DNA of 64,000 bases, taken from NCBI RefSeq assembly GCF_015482705.1, contig NZ_JADMLA020000039.1; one strand, written 5' to 3'. Of this stretch, positions 1-10,210 are shown one piece after another. The DNA comes from Prosthecochloris sp. (GTDB taxonomy: Bacteria; Bacteroidota; Chlorobiia; Chlorobiales; Chlorobiaceae). Under the pieces are notes generated by a model. It had not been told where the DNA came from, searched no databases, and was given only the letters and a program-made list of their open reading frames with translations. The first letter of the stretch is position 1, and the number at the start of each line of letters is the position of its first letter. The position numbers were made by a program, and so were the translations under genes.

Positions 1-490
1 CGTTTTCCGATAACCTTTCGCCAAGGCTTTTGCCAACCACAATCGCCAGAGCATCGGCAAGTACCATGCCGAGTGTCGAGCCGATCCAGACCGGTAAAAA
101 AGGATTCGTCGTAGCAAGAGAAAGAGTACTCAACATGGTTTTATCGCCAAGTTCGGCAATGAAAAATGTACTGAATACAAGCCAGAATGGATGAACCGCC
201 GTTTTGCATGATCCGTTTCCATCATCGAGACTGTCCCCTCTCAATGTCCAGAAACCATAAGCGACAAATGATATTCCGGCGATGAACAATACCAAGTCGA
301 CAGGTAGCAGCCCTCCTAAAATATTTCCGGCTGCTGTCGAGAAAACATGCACAACAATAGTTGAGCAGAATATTCCCCATAAAACGACTTTTGCATTGAA
401 GCAAGTGGCGAGCGTCAGAGCAAGAAGCTGTGACTTGTCACCAAGTTCAGCAATAAATATGAGAGCAAGAGACAACCAGAATGCATCCAT
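1..490 (-). CDS. UPF0016 (GDT1/TMEM165-like) family membrane protein, putative Mn2+/Ca2+ transporter; C-terminus runs off the left window edge
   Basis: Absent from the ORF track because there is no stop in the window. Hand translation of the minus strand from ATG at 490-488 gives [31 protein letters not shown]... A second signature copy ([14 protein letters not shown]) is encoded near 130-170. Two hydrophobic halves each carrying E-x-G-D-K-(S/T) is the family hallmark. Confidence 0.75.
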   Translation of the reverse strand, partial: MDAFWLSLALIFIAELGDKSQLLALTLATCFNAKVVLWGIFCSTIVVHVFSTAAGNILGGLLPVDLVLFIAGISFVAYGFWTLRGDSLDDGNGSCKTAVHPFWLVFSTFFIAELGDKTMLSTLSLATTNPFLPVWIGSTLGMVLADALAIVVGKSLGERLSEN

Positions 491-569
491 GAGAGGTACG
501 AACAAGGCAATATTCCCTAATGACGGGAACAATGTTATTGAAAAAAAATGAGTTAAACAAGCGAACCGC

Positions 570-1055
570 TCAACCCCGTTGATTGGTTTTCACAAGACGA
601 GCCGTATCGAAACCGCGATCTCTCAATCGACCTATGATTTCATCATAGACTGTTTCTCCCATATAGGGAGTCCGACTCAGAATCCAGAGACTTCGGGATG
701 TAGGCGTCGATACAACCGCCCAGGAATAATCATCAGCAAGATCAACGACCCAGTAGTCACCCTTGAAAAACCTGAAAAACTGAATCTTGAGTTTGGCATT
801 GCCGCTTTCAGGAACGGAATATGCTTTTGCCCTGATAGATTTCTCACGTCCTTTTCGCTGACACGAATTGCGAATATCGACGTATCCTTCCTTGTTGAGT
901 GTGTACTCGGCTTTTGTTTTTATGCAACCCCTCTCTTCTTTCGGGGCGAAAGAAGCTATCTCATACCAGGTCCCGCAATATCGGACGACATCGACCGACG
1001 GTACTGTCGACGGTTCTCTGGGAGAAGCTTTTTTTCGGAAAATTTTTTTTAACAT
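570..1055 (-). CDS. blc: Bacterial lipocalin (Blc-like)
   Basis: 161 aa. The motif [11 protein letters not shown] near the N-terminus is the lipocalin GxWxEIA signature, and size fits the family. The antisense ORFs 579..1052 and 868..1080 are shadows. Confidence 0.75.
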   Translation of the reverse strand: MLKKIFRKKASPREPSTVPSVDVVRYCGTWYEIASFAPKEERGCIKTKAEYTLNKEGYVDIRNSCQRKGREKSIRAKAYSVPESGNAKLKIQFFRFFKGDYWVVDLADDYSWAVVSTPTSRSLWILSRTPYMGETVYDEIIGRLRDRGFDTARLVKTNQRG

Positions 1056-1213
1056 AACACACTGTAATCAGTTAGAATAACGAGGCCATATATCTTTTTT
1101 CCCGCAAATCCTCGACGTCCCTCACGTACCCATTGTTTGTTTATTATTAATTGTTATGCAAGTATATCACGTTCGGAAACATTCGTGCATTCCCAATCTC
1201 TAAACGATAGCGC

Positions 1214-1675
1214 ATGGTTATTCGATCCGCAACCCTCGATGATATCGATCGTTGTATTGAACTCCTCACCTGCCTGTTCGGCCAGGAAGCTGAATTTTCT
1301 CCTGACCCTGTACGCCAGAGAAAAGGACTGCTTATGATCGTTCAGGATCCCTCCCGTGGAAACGTCTTTGTCGTCGAAGACCAAAAAAGGAAGGTTATTA
1401 CAGGTATGGCCGTACTGCTCTATACGGTAAGTACAGCTCTCGGCAGCAAAGTCGCACTTCTCGAAGATCTTGTCATTGATCCGGGATACCGTTCACAAGG
1501 CATTGGAACGCAACTGATCAACTATGCAATCCGTTTCGCTGAAAACGAGGGGTTCGCTCGCATCACCCTCTTGACAGATGAAGATAATGGAACGGCTCAC
1601 CATTTTTATCAAAAGCAAGGATTCAGCAGATCCGATATGATTGTTTTCAGAAGAATAAATTCACTCGTGCGATGA
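1214..1675 (+). CDS. GNAT family N-acetyltransferase
   Basis: 153 aa. Acetyl-CoA binding motif RSQGIGTQLINYA (Q/R-x-x-G-x-G/A), followed by HHFYQKQGF, which is typical of the GNAT C-terminus. Confidence 0.75.
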   Translation: MVIRSATLDDIDRCIELLTCLFGQEAEFSPDPVRQRKGLLMIVQDPSRGNVFVVEDQKRKVITGMAVLLYTVSTALGSKVALLEDLVIDPGYRSQGIGTQLINYAIRFAENEGFARITLLTDEDNGTAHHFYQKQGFSRSDMIVFRRINSLVR

Positions 1676-1807
1676 ACTTTTTACCCTTGAAACTATTTTA
1701 GATGAATATCTTTAGAAGAAGATGATTCTGATTCATCGCCAATCCGGAATAACAAATGTTCTTTTTGTTCCTTTTTTTGTAATGCATAAATCAAAGGAGA
1801 AACAGCT

Positions 1808-1972
1808 ATGGATAAATGGATATGTGAACCTTGCGGTTACGTTTACGACCCTGATTACGGAGATCCTGATAATGGCATAGAGCCCGGAACCGCTTTCGAG
1901 GATATTCCTGACGATTGGGTATGTCCCGTTTGTGGTGTTGAAAAAAGCTTTTTCGTTAAAGAAGAAGCATAA
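1808..1972 (+). CDS. rub: Rubredoxin (54 aa)
   Basis: Below the 60-aa cutoff of the ORF track. Hand translation: [54 protein letters not shown], with both CxxCG / CPxCG knuckles and the conserved aromatic core. AGGAG lies about 10 nt upstream and a strong terminator lies downstream. Confidence 0.92.
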   Translation: MDKWICEPCGYVYDPDYGDPDNGIEPGTAFEDIPDDWVCPVCGVEKSFFVKEEA

Positions 1973-2005
1973 GTCAGCCAAAAGAGTTATCGCACGATGT
2001 ATTTT

Positions 2006-2038
2006 GCGGCGTTATTCACCAAAAACGCCGCTTTTTTT
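2006..2038 (+). terminator. Rho-independent terminator after rubredoxin
   Basis: GCGGCGTT (2006-2013) pairs with AACGCCGC (2024-2031), followed by T7 (2032-2038). Confidence 0.8.
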
Positions 2039-2230
2039 CATCCTTTCCGCTCAACAGTCATCTCTGTCCATCCGATTTCATGCTTCAGCATTGACAAACC
2101 CGCGCCGATAAGCTATGCAAAAAATGCAGTCAATTTCACGATCTACCGTGAAATAACTATTTTGGACTATGTTTTTTTTCACTGCACGCATTACCACAGC
2201 TTATGCAATTCTTGATCATACCTGCGCAGC

Positions 2231-3931
2231 ATGCTTTTCATGGAGAAACCGCTTTTCTTAGACCTGCCAGTAACTTTAAGTAGAAAAATCATGAAACAAT
2301 GGCGCAAAAGAAATGACGCTCTTGGAACAGTCAACCGGGGAGATCCCTGTGAATCTGGGCTTTGCACACTCTGTACGTCCGACTGCAAAGGTAAATGTGA
2401 AACCTGGCTCAGCTCGCTTTTGGGCAGAAAACTGCTTTATCCCTTACAGTTCGGAGAGACGACCTCCGGTTCAGCTTCGGTAACTGCCGATGGCGCCGGA
2501 TATCATGCCCTTAGAATCCAGGGTTATGCATACGGAGCCGAAGGCCTTGCAAAAGGGCTTTCCAACGATCCCGATGACTGTATTTTTCCAAACGTATCCA
2601 TTGAAACCTCATTTGGAACCGAGACCGAAACCAAATGCCGCGTACCAATAATGACAGGTGCCCTGGGATCGACATTCATCGCAGAAAAATATTGGAACAG
2701 CTTTGCCGTTGGGGCGGCTATTTGTGGTTTTCCGATTGTTATCGGTGAAAACGTTGTCGGTGTCGACAGGAATTCGGTGCTCGATAACGGCACCATAAGC
2801 ACGGCACCTGAACTGGAGCGAAGAATAGACATTTTCCAACGCTACTATGACGGTTACGGTGGAATTATCATACAAATGAACGTTGAAGACAGTCGCAACG
2901 GTGTTGCCCGTTACCTCGCTGAAAAATATTGTGATGATGTAATCATCGAACTGAAATGGGGACAGGGAGCGAAAGATATCGGCGGTGAAATACAAGTAAG
3001 CGACCTGCAATACGCAAGGTTTCTCAACCAGCGAGGTTATGTCGTCGATCCCGACCCGTTCAACCAACTCTCGGTAGCCTCGTTCGAGAATAAATCGCTG
3101 ACCTCCTTTGCACGGCACAGCCGCCTGGGGGCAACGGGCATACTAACCTCCGATGAATTACGTGAGACCTTCAGAGAAAGCGTTCGAGAATTACGGGAAC
3201 TTGGTTTTAAACGCATCACCCTCAAAACCGGGGCCTATGGAATGGAAGCACTTGCCCTGGCAATCAAATGTGCATCGGAAAACAACCTCGACCTGCTTAC
3301 CATAGACGGAGCGGGAGGAGGTACCGGCATGAGCCCATGGAATATGATGGAGCACTGGGGAATCCCTTCCTTGCAACTACACGCAAAAACGTGGGAATAC
3401 TGTAGCATACTCGAGAAAAACGGAGCAAGCGTCCCGCACATTTCTCTTGCTGGCGGTTTTGCTCGCGAAGATCATATTTTCAAAGCTCTCGCACTCTGCT
3501 CACCGTATGCAAAGCTTGTCTGTATGGGCAGGGCCCCAATGATTCCCGGCTTTCTCGGCTGCAACGTTGAAGGAGTGTTCAAACCGGACAAAAAAGCGGA
3601 GCTCTTCGGCCAGTGGGATAAACTACCTGCCTCGGTGAAAGAAAACGGTACGTGCCCGGAAGAAATCTTTGCCGGATGGGAAGCCGTAAAGGAAAAAGTC
3701 GGTACTGACGAGATGGATGCCATACCGTTCGGAGCCATTGCTCTTTACGGTTATGTTGACAAGCTTTCCTGCGGATTACAGCAATTCATGGCGGGAGCGA
3801 GAAAATTCTCGGTTCCATCGATCCACCGTGACGATTTAATGTCGGCGAACCTCGAAACCGCAGAGGCAACCGGAATCCCTTACTTGACCGATGCCCAGAA
3901 TGATTTGGCGAAGTCGATACTTCTCGGTTGA
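2231..3931 (+). CDS. Glutamate synthase-related FMN-binding (GltB domain 2-like) protein with N-terminal Cys cluster
   Basis: 566 aa. N-terminal CESGLCTLCTSDCKGKCE Cys cluster. TIM-barrel-like region with GENVVGVD, LKTGAYG and IDGAGGGTGMSPW motifs as in the GltS FMN domain family. The true start may be 2240 or 2291. Confidence 0.65.
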   Translation: MLFMEKPLFLDLPVTLSRKIMKQWRKRNDALGTVNRGDPCESGLCTLCTSDCKGKCETWLSSLLGRKLLYPLQFGETTSGSASVTADGAGYHALRIQGYAYGAEGLAKGLSNDPDDCIFPNVSIETSFGTETETKCRVPIMTGALGSTFIAEKYWNSFAVGAAICGFPIVIGENVVGVDRNSVLDNGTISTAPELERRIDIFQRYYDGYGGIIIQMNVEDSRNGVARYLAEKYCDDVIIELKWGQGAKDIGGEIQVSDLQYARFLNQRGYVVDPDPFNQLSVASFENKSLTSFARHSRLGATGILTSDELRETFRESVRELRELGFKRITLKTGAYGMEALALAIKCASENNLDLLTIDGAGGGTGMSPWNMMEHWGIPSLQLHAKTWEYCSILEKNGASVPHISLAGGFAREDHIFKALALCSPYAKLVCMGRAPMIPGFLGCNVEGVFKPDKKAELFGQWDKLPASVKENGTCPEEIFAGWEAVKEKVGTDEMDAIPFGAIALYGYVDKLSCGLQQFMAGARKFSVPSIHRDDLMSANLETAEATGIPYLTDAQNDLAKSILLG

Positions 3932-4024
3932 AATCTCATCACACCGCACCGGGTCTCTGGTCAAAACCTTCATGACAGGCCCGGCCCGGTTTTTCGGTGG
4001 AAACCGTCCCCCATGTTTTTCAGC

Positions 4025-5275
4025 CTAGTCCGAAAGGCTTTTACTACCCGCTATTCCTGCAGCCTTGATCGCCGGATAGAGACTTACCAGCAGCGATACG
4101 GCAATGGTTGTCCCGGAAACAACCACAAAATCGGAAGTCTGCATGCTAACCGGGTAGGCTTCGATGATAAAAGCACTTTTCGATGGAAGTTCGATCAATC
4201 CGAAAGTCTTTTGTACCAAACAAATCACCCAGGCAACAGCTGCACCGACAACTGTCCCCGCAAACCCGATCATCCCGCCTTCCATGATGAAAATCATGAT
4301 GAATTGAGGTTTTTCGAGCCCGAGACACCGTAAATAAAACAGTTCTTGACGCTTGTCTATAGCCGTCATGGTGAGAGACCCGGTAAGGCTCAGTGCGGCA
4401 ACAACGATAACAAGCATCAGTACGCTGAAACTCACCCATTTTTCAATCTCCATCACCCCGAAAATATCCCGGTATTTTTCTTCAAGAGGCCGAATCACAT
4501 AGGAACCTTCAAGACCTTTTTCCTGAACCCAGGAACGGAGATTACGAACAAGTACTGCATGCGTCGCACGGTCATCACTTCCTCTTACATCGATACCCGA
4601 GTAAAGGTCTTCTTCCTGAAGAAGAATCCCTCTCGCCATTTCTCTCGATGTCAATACGTAGTGATCATTGAAGATACGCTGCAGGGAAAAAACCGACTCG
4701 ACCTGCACGACGGGAAATGTCAGGGCAGGAAGAAGATATGGTTGAGTTAGTGACTGCAATCCGAGAGCTATAAGCTCCGGGCTGAAGATTTTCACTTCTG
4801 CAGCCGGAGCAAGTTTAGCCTTGTATGCCAGCACCTCTCCAACTGAAACGGTTTCCGTACTGAAATAGGGAACTTCCCTGTCTGTTTGCTTCATCAAACG
4901 TTCATGCGCATTCCGGGAAATTCCCTTCACCATGACAAGTTCACTGTTTTCTTTACCAGAAAGAATCGCAGAGCCTTCTGCAAACGGTTCCGTCGATACA
5001 ACACCCTCGATCTCTCCAATCTGCACAAGAAGTGAATCGGGAACCTTCATATGTTTTCCTTCTGCCGGCAATACCTGTGCGGGGCTTTCAACCGTAACGA
5101 AAAGATCCCATGCAATTTGTTGAAAACCATTCAAAACACTCATGACGACAAGCAGAGTGCTGACCCCGAGAATAATTCCCGACAGACTGATTGCAGATAT
5201 GATATTGATAACCCTGAACCGCTTTCTTGCGAAGCTGTAACGCAGTGCTATCCATAAACCCGGACCGAAACGCAT
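4025..5275 (-). CDS. LolC/LolE-family lipoprotein-releasing ABC permease (FtsX-like)
   Basis: 416 aa. N-terminus [44 protein letters not shown] is the typical LolC/E start. Large periplasmic loop plus C-terminal FtsX-type three-TM block. Confidence 0.8.
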   Translation of the reverse strand: MRFGPGLWIALRYSFARKRFRVINIISAISLSGIILGVSTLLVVMSVLNGFQQIAWDLFVTVESPAQVLPAEGKHMKVPDSLLVQIGEIEGVVSTEPFAEGSAILSGKENSELVMVKGISRNAHERLMKQTDREVPYFSTETVSVGEVLAYKAKLAPAAEVKIFSPELIALGLQSLTQPYLLPALTFPVVQVESVFSLQRIFNDHYVLTSREMARGILLQEEDLYSGIDVRGSDDRATHAVLVRNLRSWVQEKGLEGSYVIRPLEEKYRDIFGVMEIEKWVSFSVLMLVIVVAALSLTGSLTMTAIDKRQELFYLRCLGLEKPQFIMIFIMEGGMIGFAGTVVGAAVAWVICLVQKTFGLIELPSKSAFIIEAYPVSMQTSDFVVVSGTTIAVSLLVSLYPAIKAAGIAGSKSLSD

Positions 5276-5309
5276 GGATACGTGTTGAATTTTTATTGGA
5301 AGACTTTCA

Positions 5310-6575
5310 TCAGCTCAACAGTGCTGTGCCAGGCTTCAAGGCTGCAGCCACCCTCGCTGGTATGAAGGCAAAAACAAGTGTCAACAGGCCGACAATACAA
5401 GAAACCAAGAGGTAATCGAACAACTCTATCTGGATTGGAACATGTTTGATGAAATAATTTTTTTGAGGCAATGTTATCAGGTGAAAATGAAGTTCGAATA
5501 TCGAAAAGCCCAAAGCAAGCATGTTTCCTAAAAGAATGCCTATAAGAGCGATCAAAAATGCCTGGACAAGAAATATTCCGCTGATTTTTCCCGGAACAAG
5601 TCCTAATGCACTCAACATGCCGATCTCCTTTGTCTTTTCAATGATCAGCACGAGCAGCGTGGAAATAATGTTGAAAACCGCCACGACCGTGATGGTTATG
5701 ATCAGAAGCGGTGTGATGTTCCGCTGCAATTTCAACCACTCGAAAAGGTTGGCATAGCGCTCAAAAACCGTGTAACCATAGAAGGGATAACCCAGCGCAT
5801 CAACGGACTCGATGGCTGTGGCATTCAGCCGCTCTATGTCGTTCACCATAATCTCATAACCGCTGAGAAGAGCTTTTTCTGCATTGAAAAAACGCTGCAT
5901 CGCTTCAAGGTCTGTGATGACCATGTAATCATCAAACCCTTCGTTGAGCCCTGTTTCATATATTCCACTGACTGTTGCCAACTCGAGTTCCAATGAGGAA
6001 AGAAGATCGACAATATTGTCGCCGGCTTCTATCAGCTTTCCTGAAGTCCCTCTCGCACTGCTGATCATCATGACGCTGCTACCCGGTGACAGCCGAAGAG
6101 ATTCAGCGAGGGGTTTTCCCACAAGGATATGTAACGACGACAACGTTCCTTCGGGAAACCAGGTACCCTCGACGATGTTCTTCTGCAAAAAAACCGGAGG
6201 ATTTTCTTTTGAAACACCTTTGAGCATGGCTGGTTTGATCAGTTCATTCTCCACTCCTTTACTCTGAAGTATGATGCTTTTTTCCATGAAAGGAGTAATG
6301 GAAGCGATATTTTCAATGTTGTTCAGACGCAGGGTATCGACAGGTAGAGGGTAAAAAAGATTTCCCTGAGCCTGTCTGATTTGAAAATGTGAGCTGAAGC
6401 CGATCAGCTTACTTTCAATCTGTGTCGAAAAACCCTTGACAATAGAGAGGGTAAGAATGAGCGCAGCTGTCCCCAACGCAATTCCTGCAACCGCTAAAAA
6501 CACGATAAACGTCGGCTTCGATGCTGAACGGGGCTTGAATGCAAATCTCCGTGCGATGTATAACTCTGATTTCAT
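5310..6575 (-). CDS. LolC/LolE-family lipoprotein-releasing ABC permease (second paralogue)
   Basis: 421 aa. [43 protein letters not shown], with the same architecture as the downstream paralogue. Confidence 0.8.
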   Translation of the reverse strand: MKSELYIARRFAFKPRSASKPTFIVFLAVAGIALGTAALILTLSIVKGFSTQIESKLIGFSSHFQIRQAQGNLFYPLPVDTLRLNNIENIASITPFMEKSIILQSKGVENELIKPAMLKGVSKENPPVFLQKNIVEGTWFPEGTLSSLHILVGKPLAESLRLSPGSSVMMISSARGTSGKLIEAGDNIVDLLSSLELELATVSGIYETGLNEGFDDYMVITDLEAMQRFFNAEKALLSGYEIMVNDIERLNATAIESVDALGYPFYGYTVFERYANLFEWLKLQRNITPLLIITITVVAVFNIISTLLVLIIEKTKEIGMLSALGLVPGKISGIFLVQAFLIALIGILLGNMLALGFSIFELHFHLITLPQKNYFIKHVPIQIELFDYLLVSCIVGLLTLVFAFIPARVAAALKPGTALLS

Positions 6576-6627
6576 CCCTGGTATCTATCCTCCATTACCC
6601 AACCTCTTTTCATTACTCACCCACTTT

Positions 6628-7971
6628 TCACTCTTCTCCATTCTTTTGCACACTCTCCCCTTCTTCTTCTCTTTCAACCTCTCTGAAATGAACAACCTTG
6701 TTCCGACCTGTCTGCTTGGCCCGATATAGTGCTTTATCCGCCTTGTTTATAAGAGAATACCAATCAACTGCATCATCAGGGTAGGTGGCAATTCCCGCAC
6801 TAATCGTCAATTGTCCGCCGGGCAACGCTTTTTCATGATAAAATGGCTCTGCCGCTATTATTTTCCTTAACCTGTCGACAATTTCAATAGCCTTTCTACT
6901 GTTTGTACGGGGAAACAATATCGCAAACTCTTCCCCACCAAACCGAGCGGGAATATCGGCTTCTCTACACTCCTCACGAATGATTCTTGCCATTCGTTCC
7001 AGGACGATATCACCGGCAACGTGACCATTCGCATCGTTGTATGCCTTGAATCGATCGATATCGATCATTGTCATGGAAATACTCTCATTATAGCGTTTCG
7101 CCCTTGCGACATCAACGATGAGATGATCCTTGAAATGCCGATAATTGTATAAATTTGTTTTTTCATCTTTTATGAAGAGTTCGTCAAGCTTCTTGTTTTT
7201 CAATTCAATATTCTGACAAAACCTTACGATTGAATCAGTTATCTCGTTGACATCGTTCGAGAACTCTTCAGGCCGTATGCTTTTCTTTACCTCTTCAGCG
7301 GTATCATGGAAACTTTCCGGAAGCTCCTCGTTGAGCATTCGCAGTTTTTCGGCCAACTGATTGAGCGGCATGACCGTCTGTCGATAGTTGCTGACAATCA
7401 CCCATCCTGCAGAAATAATGATAACCACAAGAACTGCGAGCACAATGAAAAAAAAGAGCTGAACCGTATCGTAAACTTTTCCGCTGGACAGTCTTACATC
7501 GATAGCGGTATTCAGAATAATATCATCGAGTTCAAGAATCATCAGAGAAATACGGTTTCCTGCCTCCACTCTTTTCATTTCGATATCGACAATCATTTTT
7601 TCCAGGACCAACTGGTTCGATTTCATCCAGGAAGCAAGATCATGCATACGATTTTTTTCAGCTCGATCCTGGAAATTGATCGAACGAAACTGAAGCAGTT
7701 TGGTATTCCGGATAATTTCATTCAGAACCTCGGGGCGCTCATGCGTAACACTCAACTGCTGATCTATAAGCGTCAGGGTTGATCGAAAATCGAGAAGATC
7801 CTTGTAAATCATTTGTACCTCGTCAGCCCTTTTCTGCAGCTTTCCCTCATAAACAATGAAGCCCGCAGTCCCGCCGAACAGCAGAAAAGCAAAGAGTACC
7901 CCAGCATAGATCGTCGGCTTTAACGAAATAGGTTGAAACGATGTTTTTGTGGATTCAGGCATGTATGGCAC
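6628..7971 (-). CDS. Membrane-anchored diguanylate cyclase (GGDEF domain)
   Basis: 447 aa. Two TM segments flank a loop of about 140 aa. C-terminal GGDEF domain with MIDIDRFKAYND and active site RFGGEEFAILF. Confidence 0.85.
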   Translation of the reverse strand: MPYMPESTKTSFQPISLKPTIYAGVLFAFLLFGGTAGFIVYEGKLQKRADEVQMIYKDLLDFRSTLTLIDQQLSVTHERPEVLNEIIRNTKLLQFRSINFQDRAEKNRMHDLASWMKSNQLVLEKMIVDIEMKRVEAGNRISLMILELDDIILNTAIDVRLSSGKVYDTVQLFFFIVLAVLVVIIISAGWVIVSNYRQTVMPLNQLAEKLRMLNEELPESFHDTAEEVKKSIRPEEFSNDVNEITDSIVRFCQNIELKNKKLDELFIKDEKTNLYNYRHFKDHLIVDVARAKRYNESISMTMIDIDRFKAYNDANGHVAGDIVLERMARIIREECREADIPARFGGEEFAILFPRTNSRKAIEIVDRLRKIIAAEPFYHEKALPGGQLTISAGIATYPDDAVDWYSLINKADKALYRAKQTGRNKVVHFREVEREEEGESVQKNGEE

Positions 7972-8017
7972 TGCTTACTTTTGATAGTCTCAACTGCTTG
8001 CGGTTGAATATCTTGAT

Positions 8018-8944
8018 TCATTGAAGCTGGATGAGGTATGTAGGATTTCTATAGGGAACCAGTGAACTCCTTACAAATCCTTTCTGCCCCTCTTTCGCCA
8101 ACCAGGCACCGAAACCTGCTGCCAAGGCTTTTTCCTTTCGATACATATAATAAACAATATAGCCAAGAGGATATTTTTCCTGGTAGATCGTGTTTTGCGA
8201 AGGCATAACTGGAGCACCTCCTTTTTTTTGGCAGAGAGGCACTACTCTGAATGTCGATGACGACCGCTCAGCACTCTTCAGTTCCCCCAATCTTGAGAAA
8301 GGCAGGATGCCTATAGCTCTGGTATTTTCTGCAACAATCCTCATGACATCCTCGTCACTTCCGGCATGCCAAGCCGTCAGTCTGTTGTCACCTGGAACTG
8401 CCAGAGCGAGAAACTGCTCTTGAAGCCTGAGATCTTTACCATTGAGATATACCTCGATGTCATTGCCGTTATCCCAGCTGATTTTTCTTGCTGTGTAGAT
8501 TTTGGCAAGATCCTCTACACACAGAAACGGAACCGGATTGGCTTGATTGACAATGCAGACAATCGCACTTCTGGCGACAGGTTCCAAGCGATAATTCATT
8601 TTTTCTCTCTCGAGAAGAGAAACATCATATTTCCCCGGCTTACCGCGCCATAACATCGCCTCGATTTCTTCCTGTAGAAACCTGTTGAAAAGATCAGGAA
8701 AGAACCCAGTTTCAAGCTCTATTGAAGCGTCTGAATAGTAACGACTGAAAACGGGAACAATATCTTCAGCAGTCACGCCAAGAGCTTGTTCGACACCAAA
8801 GCGAAGCAAACCGCTTTTCGCAGTTTCAATTGTAACAGCACTGTCAAGCCGATTGCTCGCTATCCTGAAAACAGCAACCACAGCAACACATATGACAACC
8901 AGCACCACGACAAAGATAAAACCGAATCTCTTTCTGCCGTACAT
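8018..8944 (-). CDS. PstS-like (PBP type 2, phosphate-binding family) periplasmic substrate-binding protein
   Basis: The ORF extends to 9016, but MYGRKRFGFIFVVVLVVICVAVV (ATG at 8944) looks like the real signal anchor. The body resembles phosphate-binding PBP_like_2 proteins. The assignment is by overall resemblance, not a sharp motif. Confidence 0.55.
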   Translation of the reverse strand: MYGRKRFGFIFVVVLVVICVAVVAVFRIASNRLDSAVTIETAKSGLLRFGVEQALGVTAEDIVPVFSRYYSDASIELETGFFPDLFNRFLQEEIEAMLWRGKPGKYDVSLLEREKMNYRLEPVARSAIVCIVNQANPVPFLCVEDLAKIYTARKISWDNGNDIEVYLNGKDLRLQEQFLALAVPGDNRLTAWHAGSDEDVMRIVAENTRAIGILPFSRLGELKSAERSSSTFRVVPLCQKKGGAPVMPSQNTIYQEKYPLGYIVYYMYRKEKALAAGFGAWLAKEGQKGFVRSSLVPYRNPTYLIQLQ

Positions 8945-9057
8945 ACCACAATCCTGTCTCTTATCTGTTCCGTTCACAATATCTGAGCAAAGATAGAGAA
9001 AAAACCTCCCTCCCAAAACCTTGCAATCAACACAGAATTCGCTATTTTATCCATATT

Positions 9058-9094
9058 ATTGAATATTAATTCACAATAAGAATATATATTCATT
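9058..9094. promoter_or_regulatory. Pair of ARG boxes (ArgR operator) upstream of argC
   Basis: TGAATATTAATTCA (9060-9073) matches the TGAAT-wwww-ATTCA core exactly. The adjacent AGAATATATATTCA (9079-9092) has one mismatch. Centre-to-centre spacing is 19 bp. Confidence 0.7.
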
Positions 9095-9161
9095 CACGCA
9101 ATTCACTCTATTTCAATAAATCACCTAAAATTCATCCATATCGATGGATAATATCGCAAAC

Positions 9162-9179
9162 GATGAATAGGTATTCAAT
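9162..9179. promoter_or_regulatory. Third ARG box just upstream of the argC start
   Basis: TGAATAGGTATTCA (9164-9177), 17 nt before the argC ATG at 9194. Confidence 0.6.
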
Positions 9180-9193
9180 GCAATAGCAAAATT

Positions 9194-10210
9194 ATGAGAG
9201 GCTACAAAAAACCCACAGTGTCGGTTATCGGTGCTTCAGGTTATTCGGGTGCTGAACTGACGAAAATTCTTCTCAGACACCCTTCGGTAAAGCTTGAAAA
9301 GCTTTACGCGCATACACAAGCAGGAAAAAAGGTTCAAGATGTATACCCTTTTCTCGATACCGATGCTGTTTTCGAATCCTATGAAGGAGAAAAAGACACA
9401 GATATATATTTTCTTGCCCTTCCTCACGGAGAGGCATCATCAATAGTTCCGAAGCTTGTCGATGCAGGAAAACTGGTAATCGACCTTTCGGGTGACTTCC
9501 GTCTGAAAAATCCTGAAGAGCACTTGAAATATTACCTGAAAAGTAAAAATCCCGATGCCGTTCTAACCTATGCGATGCCCGAGCTTTTTCATGACGAGAT
9601 AAAACAGGCCACAGCGGTAAGCAATCCCGGATGCTATGCAACGAGCATCATTCTTGGAATTGCCCCGCTTGTCAAAAAGCCACTGGACGGGACACGGGTC
9701 AAAAGCATCAACTGTTCCGCAATATCCGGAATATCGGGTGCCGGCAGATCAAGCAAAGTGGAACTTTCATTTTCAGAAATGAGCGGAAATATACGTGCCT
9801 ACAAGGTTGGTAAACACCAACATACTCCTGAAATTCTACAGGCACTCGATACAGATACCATCGAACCCAGTTTTGGTTTTCTCTTTACACCGATGATTGC
9901 CCCGCTTGTCAGAGGAATTTATTCGGTTTTGAATATTCAGCTTGACAAACATCTTCCGGTTTCACAAATTGAGGAGCATTTCAAGGAATTTTACCGTTCA
10001 GCGCCTTTTACCCGGGTCAGATCGACCATGCCTGAAATACAACATGTAGCTTATACCAACTATTGCGATATCCATATTGCAGAATGTACCGATAAAGGTT
10101 CAGCGGTGATTGTAACGGCAATCGACAACCTCGTAAAGGGTGCTGCAGGCCAGGCGGTACAAAACATGAACATAATGCTCGGTTATGATGAAACTCACGG
10201 ATTACTCTAA
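9194..10210 (+). CDS. argC: N-acetyl-gamma-glutamyl-phosphate reductase
   Basis: 338 aa. N-terminal [12 protein letters not shown] Rossmann motif and active-site SNPGCYATS. Confidence 0.92.
   Translation: MRGYKKPTVSVIGASGYSGAELTKILLRHPSVKLEKLYAHTQAGKKVQDVYPFLDTDAVFESYEGEKDTDIYFLALPHGEASSIVPKLVDAGKLVIDLSGDFRLKNPEEHLKYYLKSKNPDAVLTYAMPELFHDEIKQATAVSNPGCYATSIILGIAPLVKKPLDGTRVKSINCSAISGISGAGRSSKVELSFSEMSGNIRAYKVGKHQHTPEILQALDTDTIEPSFGFLFTPMIAPLVRGIYSVLNIQLDKHLPVSQIEEHFKEFYRSAPFTRVRSTMPEIQHVAYTNYCDIHIAECTDKGSAVIVTAIDNLVKGAAGQAVQNMNIMLGYDETHGLL

Noticed and set aside
282-551. 89-aa plus-strand ORF (and 222..404 minus) at the left edge
   Set aside because: The minus-strand frame starting at 490 encodes a UPF0016 protein with two ELGDK(S/T) motifs. 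These track ORFs are out-of-frame or antisense shadows.
1733-1981. 82-aa minus-strand ORF
   Set aside because: It is antisense to a canonical rubredoxin ORF on the plus strand (1808-1972), which has an SD sequence and a terminator. The 82-aa product has no recognisable features.
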